DNA of 63,467 nt, the filler included, from Myxococcota bacterium (GTDB lineage Bacteria > Myxococcota > Myxococcia > Myxococcales > Myxococcaceae), in the NCBI GenBank assembly GCA_049322255.1. It is 3 parts of 3 records of this genome, joined end to end, with 100 filler letters (N's around TTAATTAATTAA, not from the genome) between each part and the next. Parts side by side here need not be neighbours in the genome. Positions count along the whole stretch, not along the records: positions 1 to 27,084 come from JBMORE010000050.1; 2 more parts are not named here. One strand, 5' to 3'. Below the pieces are notes generated by a model. It saw only the letters and a program-made list of their open reading frames with translations, had not been told where the DNA came from and made no database searches. The translations under genes and the position numbers were made by a program. This document shows positions 10,594-22,069 of this stretch, piece after piece; the stretch's first letter is position 1; each line of letters starts with the position of its first letter.

Positions 10594-11294
10594 ATGCGCC
10601 GCTATCTATTGGTCGACGACAACCGCCCACTGGCCGAGAACCTGGCGGAAATCTTGCGGGACATGGGCGACGAAGCCGACGTGGCCCAGAGCGGCGCCGA
10701 GGCCCTGGAGTGCGCCCAAAAGCACCGCTACGACGCCATGCTCACCGACATGCGCATGCCGCTGATGGACGGCGCCGAGCTGGTCAACCGCGTGCGTCAC
10801 GTCGATGCGGGGCTGCCGGCGCTCTTGCTCACCGCCTACAGCGGCGACGAGCGGCTGCGCATCGCCCGCCAGGAGGGCCTGCTCGCGGTGCTCTCCAAGC
10901 CGGTGCCGGTGCCCCAGCTCTTGGAGACTTTGCGCACGGCGCGGCGTGATGCGGCGATCGCCCTCGTCGAGGACGACGTGGCCCTCTGTGACAACCTGTG
11001 CGAGGCGCTGCGTGCGCGCGGCTTCACCGCGGTCGCCGCGAGCTCGATTCTCGAGGCCGACCGCATCGGGGCCGTCAGGCCCTTCGCCGCGGTGGTAGAC
11101 CTCAAGGTACCCGGCGGGCCTTACGGCGAAGCGATGCGCAAGCTCGCCGAGCGCTTCCCCGGGATGCCCATCGTGGTCATCACCGGCAACGCCGAGCCGC
11201 CGCCGCTGGCTCCTCACGCGATTTTTCGCAAGCCCTTCGACACCCAGGCGCTGGTGGAGCTCTTGGAGGGGCTCTACCGCCAACGGGTCGCCGC

Positions 11295-11298
<4 letters not shown>
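10594..11298 (+). CDS. response regulator with two receiver domains, no output domain (NmpT-like)
   Basis: LLVDDN..TDMRMP..KP and LVEDD..VVDL..KPF. Confidence 0.88.
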
Positions 11299-12398
<1,100 letters not shown>

Positions 12399-12467
12399 AG
12401 GAGCTTGCTCGTCTGCTGCCATGGCGTTGGCCGGCCCCCATGTTCTTGGCACCAAAGGAGGTTCTCC

Positions 12468-12671
12468 ATGGCCGAGAAAACCTGGGGCCACTGCAAGCAC
12501 TGCCGTTACTTTGCCAGCCACTCGAAGGTGCCCTTGAGCAACGAAGAGGCGCGCTGCCTGCAGCCTGTGTTGGGGAAGTTCGACTTGCGCGTGTTCGGCG
12601 CCAGCGGCTGCAATGGTTTCGAGCTACGGGAAGGGTTGCCGAGCTCGGTGGAGCAGCCGGCGCAGGCTTGA
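12468..12671 (+). CDS. small Cys-rich hypothetical protein
   Basis: AAAGGAGG RBS; MAEKTWGHCKHCRYF...RC...GCNGF, four Cys. Confidence 0.7.
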   Translation: MAEKTWGHCKHCRYFASHSKVPLSNEEARCLQPVLGKFDLRVFGASGCNGFELREGLPSSVEQPAQA

Positions 12672-12675
12672 AAGC

Positions 12676-14076
12676 TCACTGTGCCTTGGAGACAGCCTCA
12701 GCGCCATCGGGAGCACCCGAGTGCTCGGCGTATTCTTTGAGCCGGTACTGAATCTTTCGCACGCTGATGCCCAGCACCTCGGCCGCGCGGGAGGTCGAGC
12801 CGTCGACCATCTCCAGGGTGCGCAAGATGGCTTCTCGTTCGATGTCGTAGAGAGTCGCCCCTGGTATCAGCGAGCCTCCATCGAGCCGCTCGCGGGGACG
12901 GGGGCCGCGTAGCGTGGGTGGCAAGTCGTCGGCGGTGAGCTCGCTGGCAGTGGCGAGCACCACCGCGCGCTCGACCACGTTCTCCAGCTCGCGCACGTTG
13001 CCTGGCCAGTCGTGTGACAAGAGCGCGTTGAGGGTGCCCGGGGCGAGCCCGGCGATCTTCTTTTCGTACGACTTGGCGTATTTCTCGACGAAGTGCGCCA
13101 CCAGCGCGGGGATGTCGGCCTTGCGCCGGCGCAGCGGCGGCAACGTCACCGCCACCACGTTGAGCCGGTAGAAGAGATCTTCGCGGAAGCGGCCGGCCTT
13201 CACCTCGGCCCCGAGGTCGCGGTTGGTGGCTGCCACCAGGCGCACGTCGACTTTCACCGTCTGAGTGCCGCCCACGCGCTCGAACTCCTTTTGCTGCAAG
13301 ACGCGCAGGAGCTTGATTTGGAGGGCGGGGGAGATTTCGCCGATCTCGTCGAGGAAAAGCGTCCCTCCGTCGGCGAGCTCGAAGCGGCCCTCCTTGCGGC
13401 CCACCGCGCCGGTGAAGGAGCCCTTCTCGTGGCCGAACAGCTCGCTCTCCAAAAGGCTCTCGGAGAGGGCGGCGCAGTTCACCTTGATGAAGGGCTTGTC
13501 GGCGCGGGGCGACTCCTCGTGCAGCGCTTGGGCGATCAGCTCCTTGCCGGTGCCCGACTCACCGAGGATGAGCACCGTGGCTTTGGTGGGCGCCGCCCGC
13601 TTCACCACGTCGAACACCGCTTGCAGCTCGGGGCTGTCGCCGATGATGTTTTTGAACCGGTAGCGCGCCTGCAGCCGCTCGCGCATGGAGGCCGCGTCGC
13701 GGCGCAGGGTGCGCTTCTCCAGCGCCTTCTCCAGCACCACCAGCGCCGCGTTCACGTCGAGTGGCTTGGTGAGGAAGCTCTCCGCGCCCGCGCGCATCGC
13801 CTCCACCGCGAGCTCGATGCTGGCGAAGGCGGTCATCATCACGAACGCCGCGTCGTGGCCTTCTTCCTTGGCGCGCTTGAGCAAGGTGAGGCCGTCCATC
13901 TTCGGCATGCGGACATCCGCCAGCACCGCCTGGGGCCCGAAGGCAGAAAGCTGCGCCAGCCCCTCCTCGCCGTTGGCGGCCTCGGCGACCTCGTAACCTT
14001 CCTCGGTCAAGATGGTGCGCAGCGCGTCACGGGCGTTCTGCTCGTCGTCGACGATCAGGATTCTGGGCTTGGACAT
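12676..14076 (-). CDS. NtrC-family sigma54-dependent response regulator (NmpR-like)
   Basis: Receiver [45 protein letters not shown], Fis HTH; start at ATG 14076. Confidence 0.95.
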   Translation of the reverse strand: MSKPRILIVDDEQNARDALRTILTEEGYEVAEAANGEEGLAQLSAFGPQAVLADVRMPKMDGLTLLKRAKEEGHDAAFVMMTAFASIELAVEAMRAGAESFLTKPLDVNAALVVLEKALEKRTLRRDAASMRERLQARYRFKNIIGDSPELQAVFDVVKRAAPTKATVLILGESGTGKELIAQALHEESPRADKPFIKVNCAALSESLLESELFGHEKGSFTGAVGRKEGRFELADGGTLFLDEIGEISPALQIKLLRVLQQKEFERVGGTQTVKVDVRLVAATNRDLGAEVKAGRFREDLFYRLNVVAVTLPPLRRRKADIPALVAHFVEKYAKSYEKKIAGLAPGTLNALLSHDWPGNVRELENVVERAVVLATASELTADDLPPTLRGPRPRERLDGGSLIPGATLYDIEREAILRTLEMVDGSTSRAAEVLGISVRKIQYRLKEYAEHSGAPDGAEAVSKAQ

Positions 14077-14087
14077 GCGCGACCTCG

Positions 14088-14104
14088 TAGCAAACGCCTT
14101 GCCG
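14088..14104 (-). promoter_or_regulatory. sigma54 -24/-12 promoter of the NmpR-like gene
   Basis: Minus strand CGGCAAGGCGTTTGCT, GG-N10-GC; GTGCA-N5-TGCGC site at 14165-14179. Confidence 0.5.
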
Positions 14105-14228
14105 GGCCTCGAAGGGCTTTTACGACGCAAACTCCGCGCATCCTCCCCCGAATCTCCCCTCCCAGTGCAATTCCTGCGCGTGAGGGTGGTGCCGCAAGGG
14201 TGGCATGTGGGTTGAACTCGCTTGGTCC

Positions 14229-15746
14229 ATGCGCCCCTTCCTTTGGCTGGTGTTGCTGGCAGGCAGTTCTTCCCTCGCCCGGTCGGTGGTGGAGGCCACG
14301 CCTCCTTCGGCGAGCGAGCTTTTGTACGTGGCCGAGGTGGGCGGAAATCTCGAGGCAGCGCTGGATACGTTCGAGCGTGCCTTCGGTCCTTCGGAGGCGC
14401 AGGCCTTCCTCGAGGGGGCACCGCTGCCCTACCTCGCTCTGGAGATGCTCGCCGGTTCACCGGGGCGCCACGGGCTGAACCGCAAGGGTGGCTTGGGGTT
14501 GTTTCGCGAGCCGTCGTTCGAGGGCGCGGTGGGCCTTCTGCAAGTGGTCGACGAGAAGGCCGCGGTGATGGCCTTGGCGGGCTACCTGGCCGAGGTGGGT
14601 GCCCAGGGGCGCGAGGAGGGAGGGCTGTGGCGCTTCGTCCTCTTCGACGGCAGCGAGCTTCTGGCGCTGGTGGACCGCGGCTTTCTCTATCTGGCGATGC
14701 CCGATGCCGACGTCTTCGACCAGGGAGAGCCCGAACGGGTGGCGGCGCTCATTCGCGGCGCGCCCGGCACCGGGCTTGCCCAGACCGAGCTGATGCAAAG
14801 GCTGCAGGCGAAGGTGGCGAAGAGGAACGTGTCGTTGTTCGTGCGCGAGCCCTGGGGAGCGGTTGGGGTGAAGGGGCTCTTGCTGTCCGCTCGGTTAGGC
14901 GAGGCGCGAACGGAGCTTGACGGGTTTGCGGTCACCGCCCAGCCGGTGCTTCAGCCCGGGGAGGGTGCTTCGCCGACGTTGCTTGCCCGCGCTCCCGCAG
15001 GACCGACGCTCTGGGTGAGCGCGCAGCTCGACCCCGACGCGCTCTTCGCCCTCTTCGCCGGTGCCCAGGGGAGCCCCCGTCGCGCCCAGGTGTTGACCCG
15101 AGCGCGGGCCGCCGGCCTCGACGCCGAGAAGCTGCTACCGGCGGTGGGGGGGAGCTTCGCGGCAGCGCTCTACGTGGACGGCCGGCTCTTGTTGACCGAC
15201 ATTGCGCAGGACGACGGGGTGTTCGACCCCTTGGGGACGGTCATACTGGAGTCTGCGGTGCGTGACGCGGCGGCGATGAAACGTTTCGTCTCGGCGCGGC
15301 TTGCGGAGGCTGCCGGCGGTGTGGCGCGGATGGAGGAGCAGGGCGGCCTCACCCGTTTCCGCGCTCGGGTCCAGGGGCAGCCGGTGGAGGCGAGCGTCGA
15401 CCGGAATTGGTTGCGCTTGGTGGCCGGGCCTTCGTTGGTCGCGCGCGCCCTGGAGGACGTGACCGTCCAGATGCGTCGGGGGCTGGGGCAGGGGGCCTTC
15501 GGTCCCGGTCACTTCACTGCCGCGCTCGACGTCGCGGAGCTGCGGCGGCAAGTCGAGGCGCCGCGCGGCGTTCGCCCTGAGGAGGTAGAGGTGCTTTGGC
15601 CGATTCAGCTCTTCCTCTCGCGGCTCCTGGCTTCGACGGAGATTTCCCGCGTGGGTCTCGACGTGAGTGCCGAGGACGGAGGGGCTCGCCTTCGTGCCGT
15701 GATTCACTACGGCGAGGACGGCGAGCTGTTCGGCCTTGGGCGCTGA
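14229..15746 (+). CDS. exported hypothetical protein
   Basis: Signal peptide MRPFLWLVLLAG; long ORF with good codon usage; no recognisable motif. Confidence 0.65.
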   Translation: MRPFLWLVLLAGSSSLARSVVEATPPSASELLYVAEVGGNLEAALDTFERAFGPSEAQAFLEGAPLPYLALEMLAGSPGRHGLNRKGGLGLFREPSFEGAVGLLQVVDEKAAVMALAGYLAEVGAQGREEGGLWRFVLFDGSELLALVDRGFLYLAMPDADVFDQGEPERVAALIRGAPGTGLAQTELMQRLQAKVAKRNVSLFVREPWGAVGVKGLLLSARLGEARTELDGFAVTAQPVLQPGEGASPTLLARAPAGPTLWVSAQLDPDALFALFAGAQGSPRRAQVLTRARAAGLDAEKLLPAVGGSFAAALYVDGRLLLTDIAQDDGVFDPLGTVILESAVRDAAAMKRFVSARLAEAAGGVARMEEQGGLTRFRARVQGQPVEASVDRNWLRLVAGPSLVARALEDVTVQMRRGLGQGAFGPGHFTAALDVAELRRQVEAPRGVRPEEVEVLWPIQLFLSRLLASTEISRVGLDVSAEDGGARLRAVIHYGEDGELFGLGR

Positions 15747-15820
15747 GAAACCCACACCAATCTCGCGGTCGTCATTCAACTTGGGTATCATCCAGCAAGC
15801 CACACCGCCGGAGGACGAGT

Positions 15821-18772
15821 ATGCGTTTGGTGATCTGCGTCTTCGGTCTTCTCTTCATCGCCGCCGGCTGTAACTGTGGGAGTGAAGGCGTCGTCGTCCT
15901 CAAAAAGACCGGTCAAGATGACGGGGGGAGCGACGGGGGCGGGGAGGGCCCACACGACGGCGGCCCCTTGCCTGCGTGCCAAGACGGAGACAACGACGGG
16001 TACGGGAACGATTGCCCGAAGGGGCCGGAGTGCGACGACACGAACGCCCTCGTCCACCCGGCGGCGCCCGAGCGGTGCGACAACGGAATCGATGACAACT
16101 GTAATGGTGAGACCGACGAGGCCGCCTGTCAGTGTCGTGTTGGAGTGTTGCTCGAATGCTACGACGGGCTGCCAGCGACGACCGCCGGGGTGGGTGCGTG
16201 CCGTACAGGCATCAAAGGCTGCAGCGCGCTGGGGAGTTACGGTTCCTGTGAAGGACAGGTCGTGCCGTCCCCGGAGGCATGCGACGGGCTAGACAACGAC
16301 TGTGACGGCTTGACGGACGAAGGGATGCAAAACGCTTGTGGTGGCTGTGGACCGCTGCCACAGGAAGTGTGCGGCGATGGCCTGGACAACGACTGCAATG
16401 GGCAGATCGACGAGAGTTGTGGCACCTGCGATCCACAGTGTCTGTGCGATGGGGGCGCCTGCACGTGTCACCCGCCGACGAATCAGCTTTGCTACACCGG
16501 GCCGCCTCAGACAACAGGGGTCGGCCTGTGCAGCGCCGGGAGGCACGACTGCGTGCAGCAGCCCGACGGTGGCTATCGCTGGGGCCCATGCGTTGGAGAA
16601 GTGAAACCGGCGCCGCTGCTCTGTGACGGGCAGGACCATGACTGCGACGGCCAGATAGACGACGGACCTGGTTGCCCCTGTACGGACGGGGCGACCCGCT
16701 CCTGCGGAACCGACGTGGGGCAATGTCAGCAGGGGAGGCAGACCTGCTCGCAGGGAGCGTGGCAAGCGTGCGCCGGGGCAATCGGGCCACAGACCGAAAG
16801 CTGCAACGGGCTGGACGATGACTGCGATGGGTTGGTGGACGAGGGCGTCAAAAACGCGTGCGGAAGTTGCGGGCCGGTGCCAGCAGAGACGTGCGGAGAC
16901 GGAGTGGACAACGACTGCGATGGACTGGTGGAGGAGGGGTGCGCCTGCAACGGGTTGACCCAGCAGGCCTGCTACCGGGGCCCGGTGCAGAGCCGCGGGC
17001 AGGGGGAGTGCCGCGATGGGGTGCAGATGTGCCTCGAAGACGAGCTCCAGACTGGCTGGGGACTCTGCCAGGGTGACGTGCTTCCCACGCCCGAAGTCTG
17101 CGGCAACGGGAACGACGACGATTGTGATGGGCAGATCGACAATGGGTGTGTGTGCATCGAGGGTGCGACTAGGCCCTGTGGGACCGACGTGGGGGAATGC
17201 TCGAAGGGCACGCAGGCTTGCAGCAACGGACAGTGGCAGACATGCACGGGCGTGGCTCCGACGGCCGAGGTGTGTGACGGCAAAGACAATGATTGCGACG
17301 GGCTGACCGACGAGGGCGTGCTGAATGCCTGCGGCCAGTGCCCACCGATGGCGTGCTACACCCAAGACTGGAACACGCCGGGCGCCTGCGCGCAGACGGG
17401 GCGGACCTGCAACGGCGTGGTGTCGGATCCGAACAATCCGAACGCGATTACCTTGGGCGAGACCACCAGCGCGCTGCTCCCGTTCATCTACATTGCGGTC
17501 ACCAACAGGAACCAGGTTGCCCAGCTCAATACGGAAACCGGCGTGAAGCAGTGGCAGAAGAGCAGCTACGGCATCTACCCGTCACGCACGGCGGTGGCGC
17601 TCGATGGCACGGTGTGGGTGGGCAACCGGTGCCTCATCTCGGGCCGAGACAACGACTTCACCTGCTCGAGCATGGCCCACCTCGATTTGAACGGAGACCT
17701 CATCTGCCGCGCCGATGTGCCGGGCTGGGTTCGAGGAGTGGCCATTGACGCTCGCGGCAACGTGTGGGCGGGCACATGGAACGGGAGGTCGGTCTACAAA
17801 GTCTCGGGAACGGCGGTTGACTCCAGTGTGAGCCCGCCGCGCTGCCAAATCATCGGCAGCCTCAATCTAGGGGTCTCCATCTATGGTTTGGCGGTCGATG
17901 GTCGTGGCTATCTATGGACCGCGAGCAACCCGGCCAAGAAGGTGAACACGACGAGCATCACCCTCGTGGACACGGTGACCAACCCCTCGTTCTACGGCAT
18001 CGCCATCGATACCGCGAACCGCGTGTGGTACGGCGGGCTTTCTGGCGGTGGCGCGATGCATCGCATCGATGGCGATCCGCCCTACAGCGTCCTCAACACG
18101 GGGGTGACCGGCATCACCGCGGTGACGGTGCACCCAGACGGGACGATCTGGGGCTCCAGCTACAGCGGAACCCCGAGAGGCGTGGTGAAAATCACCCTCG
18201 ATGCTGCGGGCACCGCTGTGCAGACCATCGAACGTTTCGCTGATCCTGAAGGGCGCAATAACCACGGCATCGCCGTGGACCGCGCCGGCAAGATTTGGTC
18301 GCCACAGGTCAACCTCAACTACACCCCCGGCAGCGACATCGGCTATGTGAATCGCTGGACCACGGCAGGTGTTCGTGAGAACCGTTTTGCGGTCGATCCG
18401 GGGTACTCCCAGTACACGTACAGCGACATGACCGGAATTCAGCTGCGCACCATCACCGTGCGTGAGGGTCATTGGATTCAGGACTTCGACTCGGGCTACC
18501 AAAACCCGGTCTGGAACCGCGTGGAGTGGACCGAGGTCAAGCCCGCGGGGACGACGGTCGACGTCAGCGTGCGCTCGGCCGACACCGAGGCCGCCTTCGG
18601 AGCGGGCCAGGCCACCGCCTGGTGTCCTGTGACCGCGAGCGGCACGCCGCTCAATCCGGCGTGCTCCTTCTTGAACGGGCACCGATGGTTGCAGGTAGAC
18701 ATCACCTTGGGCACGACGTCAGACGGCGTGAAACCGTCGGTCTCCGATGTGAAAGTCTTCTGGAGCTATTAG
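15821..18772 (+). CDS. large Cys-rich lipoprotein with putative metal-binding (CDGxDNDCDG) repeats and C-terminal beta-propeller
   Basis: Lipobox AAGC; 8 copies of E-x-C-D/G-G-x-D-N-D-C-D-G-x-x-D-E; GIAVD/GxVW propeller repeats; YTYSDMTG. Confidence 0.85.
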   Translation: MRLVICVFGLLFIAAGCNCGSEGVVVLKKTGQDDGGSDGGGEGPHDGGPLPACQDGDNDGYGNDCPKGPECDDTNALVHPAAPERCDNGIDDNCNGETDEAACQCRVGVLLECYDGLPATTAGVGACRTGIKGCSALGSYGSCEGQVVPSPEACDGLDNDCDGLTDEGMQNACGGCGPLPQEVCGDGLDNDCNGQIDESCGTCDPQCLCDGGACTCHPPTNQLCYTGPPQTTGVGLCSAGRHDCVQQPDGGYRWGPCVGEVKPAPLLCDGQDHDCDGQIDDGPGCPCTDGATRSCGTDVGQCQQGRQTCSQGAWQACAGAIGPQTESCNGLDDDCDGLVDEGVKNACGSCGPVPAETCGDGVDNDCDGLVEEGCACNGLTQQACYRGPVQSRGQGECRDGVQMCLEDELQTGWGLCQGDVLPTPEVCGNGNDDDCDGQIDNGCVCIEGATRPCGTDVGECSKGTQACSNGQWQTCTGVAPTAEVCDGKDNDCDGLTDEGVLNACGQCPPMACYTQDWNTPGACAQTGRTCNGVVSDPNNPNAITLGETTSALLPFIYIAVTNRNQVAQLNTETGVKQWQKSSYGIYPSRTAVALDGTVWVGNRCLISGRDNDFTCSSMAHLDLNGDLICRADVPGWVRGVAIDARGNVWAGTWNGRSVYKVSGTAVDSSVSPPRCQIIGSLNLGVSIYGLAVDGRGYLWTASNPAKKVNTTSITLVDTVTNPSFYGIAIDTANRVWYGGLSGGGAMHRIDGDPPYSVLNTGVTGITAVTVHPDGTIWGSSYSGTPRGVVKITLDAAGTAVQTIERFADPEGRNNHGIAVDRAGKIWSPQVNLNYTPGSDIGYVNRWTTAGVRENRFAVDPGYSQYTYSDMTGIQLRTITVREGHWIQDFDSGYQNPVWNRVEWTEVKPAGTTVDVSVRSADTEAAFGAGQATAWCPVTASGTPLNPACSFLNGHRWLQVDITLGTTSDGVKPSVSDVKVFWSY

Positions 18773-19414
18773 CTATCGCTGCTTCGGAAGATCGACGCAG
18801 CATCGAAAGCCCAGCGCTTCTGCCTGCTGCGTGACCGGTTGGCTCAGGTGCTCCGCCGGGTGCTGGCAGGCAAGATGGTGGTCATCGTTGCCGAATCCGC
18901 CTCCAATCAGGGCGGCTACCTCGGCGTCGCTGTCGGCCAGCCACTCCCACACGTTGCCTGAGAGGTCATAGACGCCCTCGGGTGTGCGGCAGGCCTTCAG
19001 GCTGCCCGTGGGCATTGCCTCGGTCAGGTCCCGCTGCGCAGCGAGGGGTCGGTCATGGCAACGCTTGGAGACGAAAGCAGAGCCATACGCATATGTACGC
19101 TTGCCGTCGGAACCCTGACAGGCCGCCAGCCACTCCGCTCGCGTGCAGAGACGTTTGTTGGCGTTGGCGCACATCGCCTTGGCTTGTAACTGGCTGACCC
19201 TCACTGCGGGGCGCCTGCCGGCCTTCGACTGGGCCTTCGCCGTCGTTCCTCGACCATCGGCGGCGCCCTTGTCGCCGCTCGTCAGTGAGGCCTCGTACCG
19301 ATCGATGCACGAGGCAAGCCCTGGGACACGGGTCATTCCGGCCGGGCAGGCCGGGGGAGGGGTCGTGGTCATCAGCGCGACAGCGGAGGCCAGGGCGATG
19401 CCGTGAGCGTTCAT
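18773..19414 (-). CDS. formylglycine-generating-enzyme (SUMF1/FGE-sulfatase) domain protein
   Basis: CIDRYEA, KRLCTRAEW, GVYDLSGNVWEW, GFRCC. Confidence 0.85.
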   Translation of the reverse strand: MNAHGIALASAVALMTTTPPPACPAGMTRVPGLASCIDRYEASLTSGDKGAADGRGTTAKAQSKAGRRPAVRVSQLQAKAMCANANKRLCTRAEWLAACQGSDGKRTYAYGSAFVSKRCHDRPLAAQRDLTEAMPTGSLKACRTPEGVYDLSGNVWEWLADSDAEVAALIGGGFGNDDHHLACQHPAEHLSQPVTQQAEALGFRCCVDLPKQR

Positions 19415-19467
19415 GGGCGTTGTTTTGCGCGGGTCGCCACTTGGGTCAAGTTTGCTCGACAGCCGAA

Positions 19468-19686
19468 TCATCGGGAGCTGCAGGTGGTGCAGGCACGTGC
19501 CTCGGGAATGGCGGCCAGGCGCAGGCGCCCGATGGGGCCGCCGCAAACTTCACAGCGCCCGAAAGTGCCTCTGGCGATGCGGTCCAGGGCGGCGTCGATC
19601 TCGGCGAGCTCGCCCCTCGAGGCGGGATCGAGCCGGGCTCGCCTCTGGGTCAACTTCCGCCGCGCCTCCTCGGTGATTTGTTTCAT
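19468..19686 (-). CDS. TraR/DksA C4-type zinc finger protein
   Basis: IDAALDRIARGTFGRCEVCGGPIGRLRLAAIPEARACTTC. Confidence 0.88.
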   Translation of the reverse strand: MKQITEEARRKLTQRRARLDPASRGELAEIDAALDRIARGTFGRCEVCGGPIGRLRLAAIPEARACTTCSSR

Positions 19687-19688
19687 GG

Positions 19689-21557
19689 TCAGCCCAACGC
19701 CACAGGACGGAGGTCAGCAGGGGCGGAGGCGGGCGCACCCGCCAGCTCACGCAGCTGTTCGCCCGAGAGCGACTCGCGTTCCAAAAGCTGGGCGGCGATG
19801 TGCCGAAGTAGGGGCAGCCTTTGCCGAAGCAGAGCCGCCACGCGCTGGTGCTGCTCCTCGAGAATTCGACGGACCTCGGCGTCGATGTCGCGGGCCATCG
19901 CTTCGCTGTGCTCGCCCTTCTGCCGGCGGAAGTCACCCAGGAAAGGCGAGGGCTCGGGCTCGAGGCTGATGGGCCCCAGCGCCTCGCTCATCCCGTACGC
20001 CTTCACCATGCCGCGGGCGATGTTGGTCGCCTTCACCAGGTCGTCTTGGGCGCCGGTGGAGAGCTCGCCGAAGACCAGCTCCTCGGCGACGCGCCCGCCC
20101 AAGAACACGGCGATGCGGTTCTCCAGCTCGGTCTTGGTCATGAGGAATCGATCCTCAGTGGGCAGCTGAATGGTGTACCCGAGCGCGGAGATGCCTCGGG
20201 GAAGAATGGAAATCTTCCGCACCGGGTCGGCTCCGGGAAGGCACGTGGCCACGAGGGCGTGACCGACCTCGTGGTGGGCGACCCGGCGCTTCTCCTCCGG
20301 GTTGAGAGCACGGTTCTTCTTCGCCAGGCCGGCGATGGTTCGCTCCACCGCCTCTTCGAGCTCAGCGCGCCCAACCTTCTCTTTGCCGTGGCGAGCAGCC
20401 TGAAGCGCCGCCTCGTTGACGATGTTCGCCATATCGGCACCGGCCATGCCCGCAGTCATTCCTGCCACCCAGTCGAGGTCTGCCTCGTCGTCCAGGGGGA
20501 CCTTGCGCGCGTGGATTTTAAGGATCGCCACCCGGCCCTTCTTGTCCGGCCGGTCGACCAGTACATGGCGGTCGAAGCGGCCCGCTCGCAGAAGCGCCGG
20601 GTCGAGCACCTCGGGCCGATTGGTGGCGGCCATCAAAATGACGCCTGCGCGCGGGTCGAAGCCGTCGAGCTCGACCAGGAGCTGATTGAGCGTCTGCTCG
20701 CGCTCTTCGTTGCTGGTCGGCCCCAGTCCACGCGCTTTGCCCAGCGCGTCGAGCTCATCGATGAAGATGATGCACGGCGCCTTCTGCTTGGCGTTGTTGA
20801 ACAGGTCGCGCACCCGCGCCGCGCCCACTCCGACGAACATCTCCACGAACTCCGAGCCGCTGATGCTGAAGAAGGGCACCTGCGCCTCACCGGCCACCGC
20901 GCGTGCGAGCAAGGTCTTGCCCGTTCCCGGTGGTCCGACGAGCAAGATGCCCTTGGGAATTTTTCCGCCCAGGCGGCGAAACTTCTCCGGGGTGCGGAGG
21001 AACTCGATGACCTCGGCGAGCTCTTCTTTGGCCTCGTCCACCCCGGCGACGTCGGCGAAGCGGACGGACACGTCGGTTTCAGCGTAGATTTTCGCCCCGC
21101 TGCGCCCCACCGACATCAGCCCGCCGGTGAGGTCGCGCCCGCGCCCTGTCATGAAGAGAAGGAACGCCAGCGGCAGCAGCATCCACCAGAGCATGCTCGA
21201 CCAAGAGCTCGGTGCCGGCGCACCGGTGACTTGCACGCCGGCGCGCGCGAGGTCGGCCACCAGCGCGGGGTCTTCCACTCGGTGTACCTGGAAGCCGCGG
21301 TGGTCGGGCTCGGCGCCTGGAGCTTTCCGAAAGGTGCCGCTGATCACGTTCGGAGAGACGACCACCGACTCGACGTGGCCCTCGGAGACCGCCTGCTTGA
21401 ACTCGGTGTAGGAGAGCGCCGGTTTGGCGGCGAAAAGGCCCACCCCTTCGAACACCGCCCAGCTCGAGGCGATCAACACCAGCAGGTGCCAGGGTTTGAG
21501 GCCGCCTGTCTTTTGGGCTTTCAGCTTCTTCACCGGGCGCCTCGAGGCGGCTGCCAC
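19689..21557 (-). CDS. ftsH: ATP-dependent zinc metalloprotease FtsH
   Basis: Two TM segments, [39 protein letters not shown]. Confidence 0.95.
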   Translation of the reverse strand: MAAASRRPVKKLKAQKTGGLKPWHLLVLIASSWAVFEGVGLFAAKPALSYTEFKQAVSEGHVESVVVSPNVISGTFRKAPGAEPDHRGFQVHRVEDPALVADLARAGVQVTGAPAPSSWSSMLWWMLLPLAFLLFMTGRGRDLTGGLMSVGRSGAKIYAETDVSVRFADVAGVDEAKEELAEVIEFLRTPEKFRRLGGKIPKGILLVGPPGTGKTLLARAVAGEAQVPFFSISGSEFVEMFVGVGAARVRDLFNNAKQKAPCIIFIDELDALGKARGLGPTSNEEREQTLNQLLVELDGFDPRAGVILMAATNRPEVLDPALLRAGRFDRHVLVDRPDKKGRVAILKIHARKVPLDDEADLDWVAGMTAGMAGADMANIVNEAALQAARHGKEKVGRAELEEAVERTIAGLAKKNRALNPEEKRRVAHHEVGHALVATCLPGADPVRKISILPRGISALGYTIQLPTEDRFLMTKTELENRIAVFLGGRVAEELVFGELSTGAQDDLVKATNIARGMVKAYGMSEALGPISLEPEPSPFLGDFRRQKGEHSEAMARDIDAEVRRILEEQHQRVAALLRQRLPLLRHIAAQLLERESLSGEQLRELAGAPASAPADLRPVALG

Positions 21558-21967
21558 CGCCGGCTTCTGCGTGTGGTGAGCGCACGCTCGGAGCGCGCGC
21601 CTCCGCGGCCGATGAGCTCGAGCAGGTCAGCGAGGGTGACGATGCCCACGAGCTTTTGCTCCTCCATCACAGGGAGGCAGCCGATGGTGCGCCCTCGCAA
21701 GAGGTTGGCGGCCCTGCGCACCGTGGTGTCCGGGGCGGCGGTGATGGGCATGCCGGTCATCAGCTCGGCGACGGAGCGACCGTCGCGCAGCCGCGCCCCC
21801 TTGGGGCCGCCCAGGTCTCGATCGGAGATGACTCCCACCACCTGCCGTCCCCTGAGCACCACCAGGTGGCGAATGCGGTCGAGCCGCATCTGCTCCCACG
21901 CTTCTTGCGCGCTCGCCTCGGGAGAGGTGGTTCGAACGCCGATGCTCATGACTTCGTCGATGCGCAT
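21530..21967 (-). CDS. CBS-domain pair protein
   Basis: IRHLVV..GVISDRD..GCLPVM..GIVTLAD. Confidence 0.9.
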   Translation of the reverse strand: MRIDEVMSIGVRTTSPEASAQEAWEQMRLDRIRHLVVLRGRQVVGVISDRDLGGPKGARLRDGRSVAELMTGMPITAAPDTTVRRAANLLRGRTIGCLPVMEEQKLVGIVTLADLLELIGRGGARSERALTTRRSRRWQPPRGAR

Positions 21968-21996
21968 GTTCTTGGCTCCTTCGAACACGGTGAAAG

Positions 21997-22012
21997 AGCA
22001 AAGCGCGTTCCA
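21997..22012 (-). promoter_or_regulatory. sigma54 -24/-12 promoter for CBS-ftsH-dksA
   Basis: Minus strand TGGAACGCGCTTTGCT, near-consensus. Confidence 0.65.
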
Positions 22013-22069
22013 CGCTCGTCCGGGAGGAGCGTCATTGCAGCGGACGCACGGGTTGCGAAATCTCCGCCG

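Noticed and set aside
15900..17340. Possible CRISPR or tandem DNA repeat
   Set aside because: The repeats are protein-level Cys motifs with synonymous divergence; no cas genes or fixed repeat-spacer array anywhere in the window
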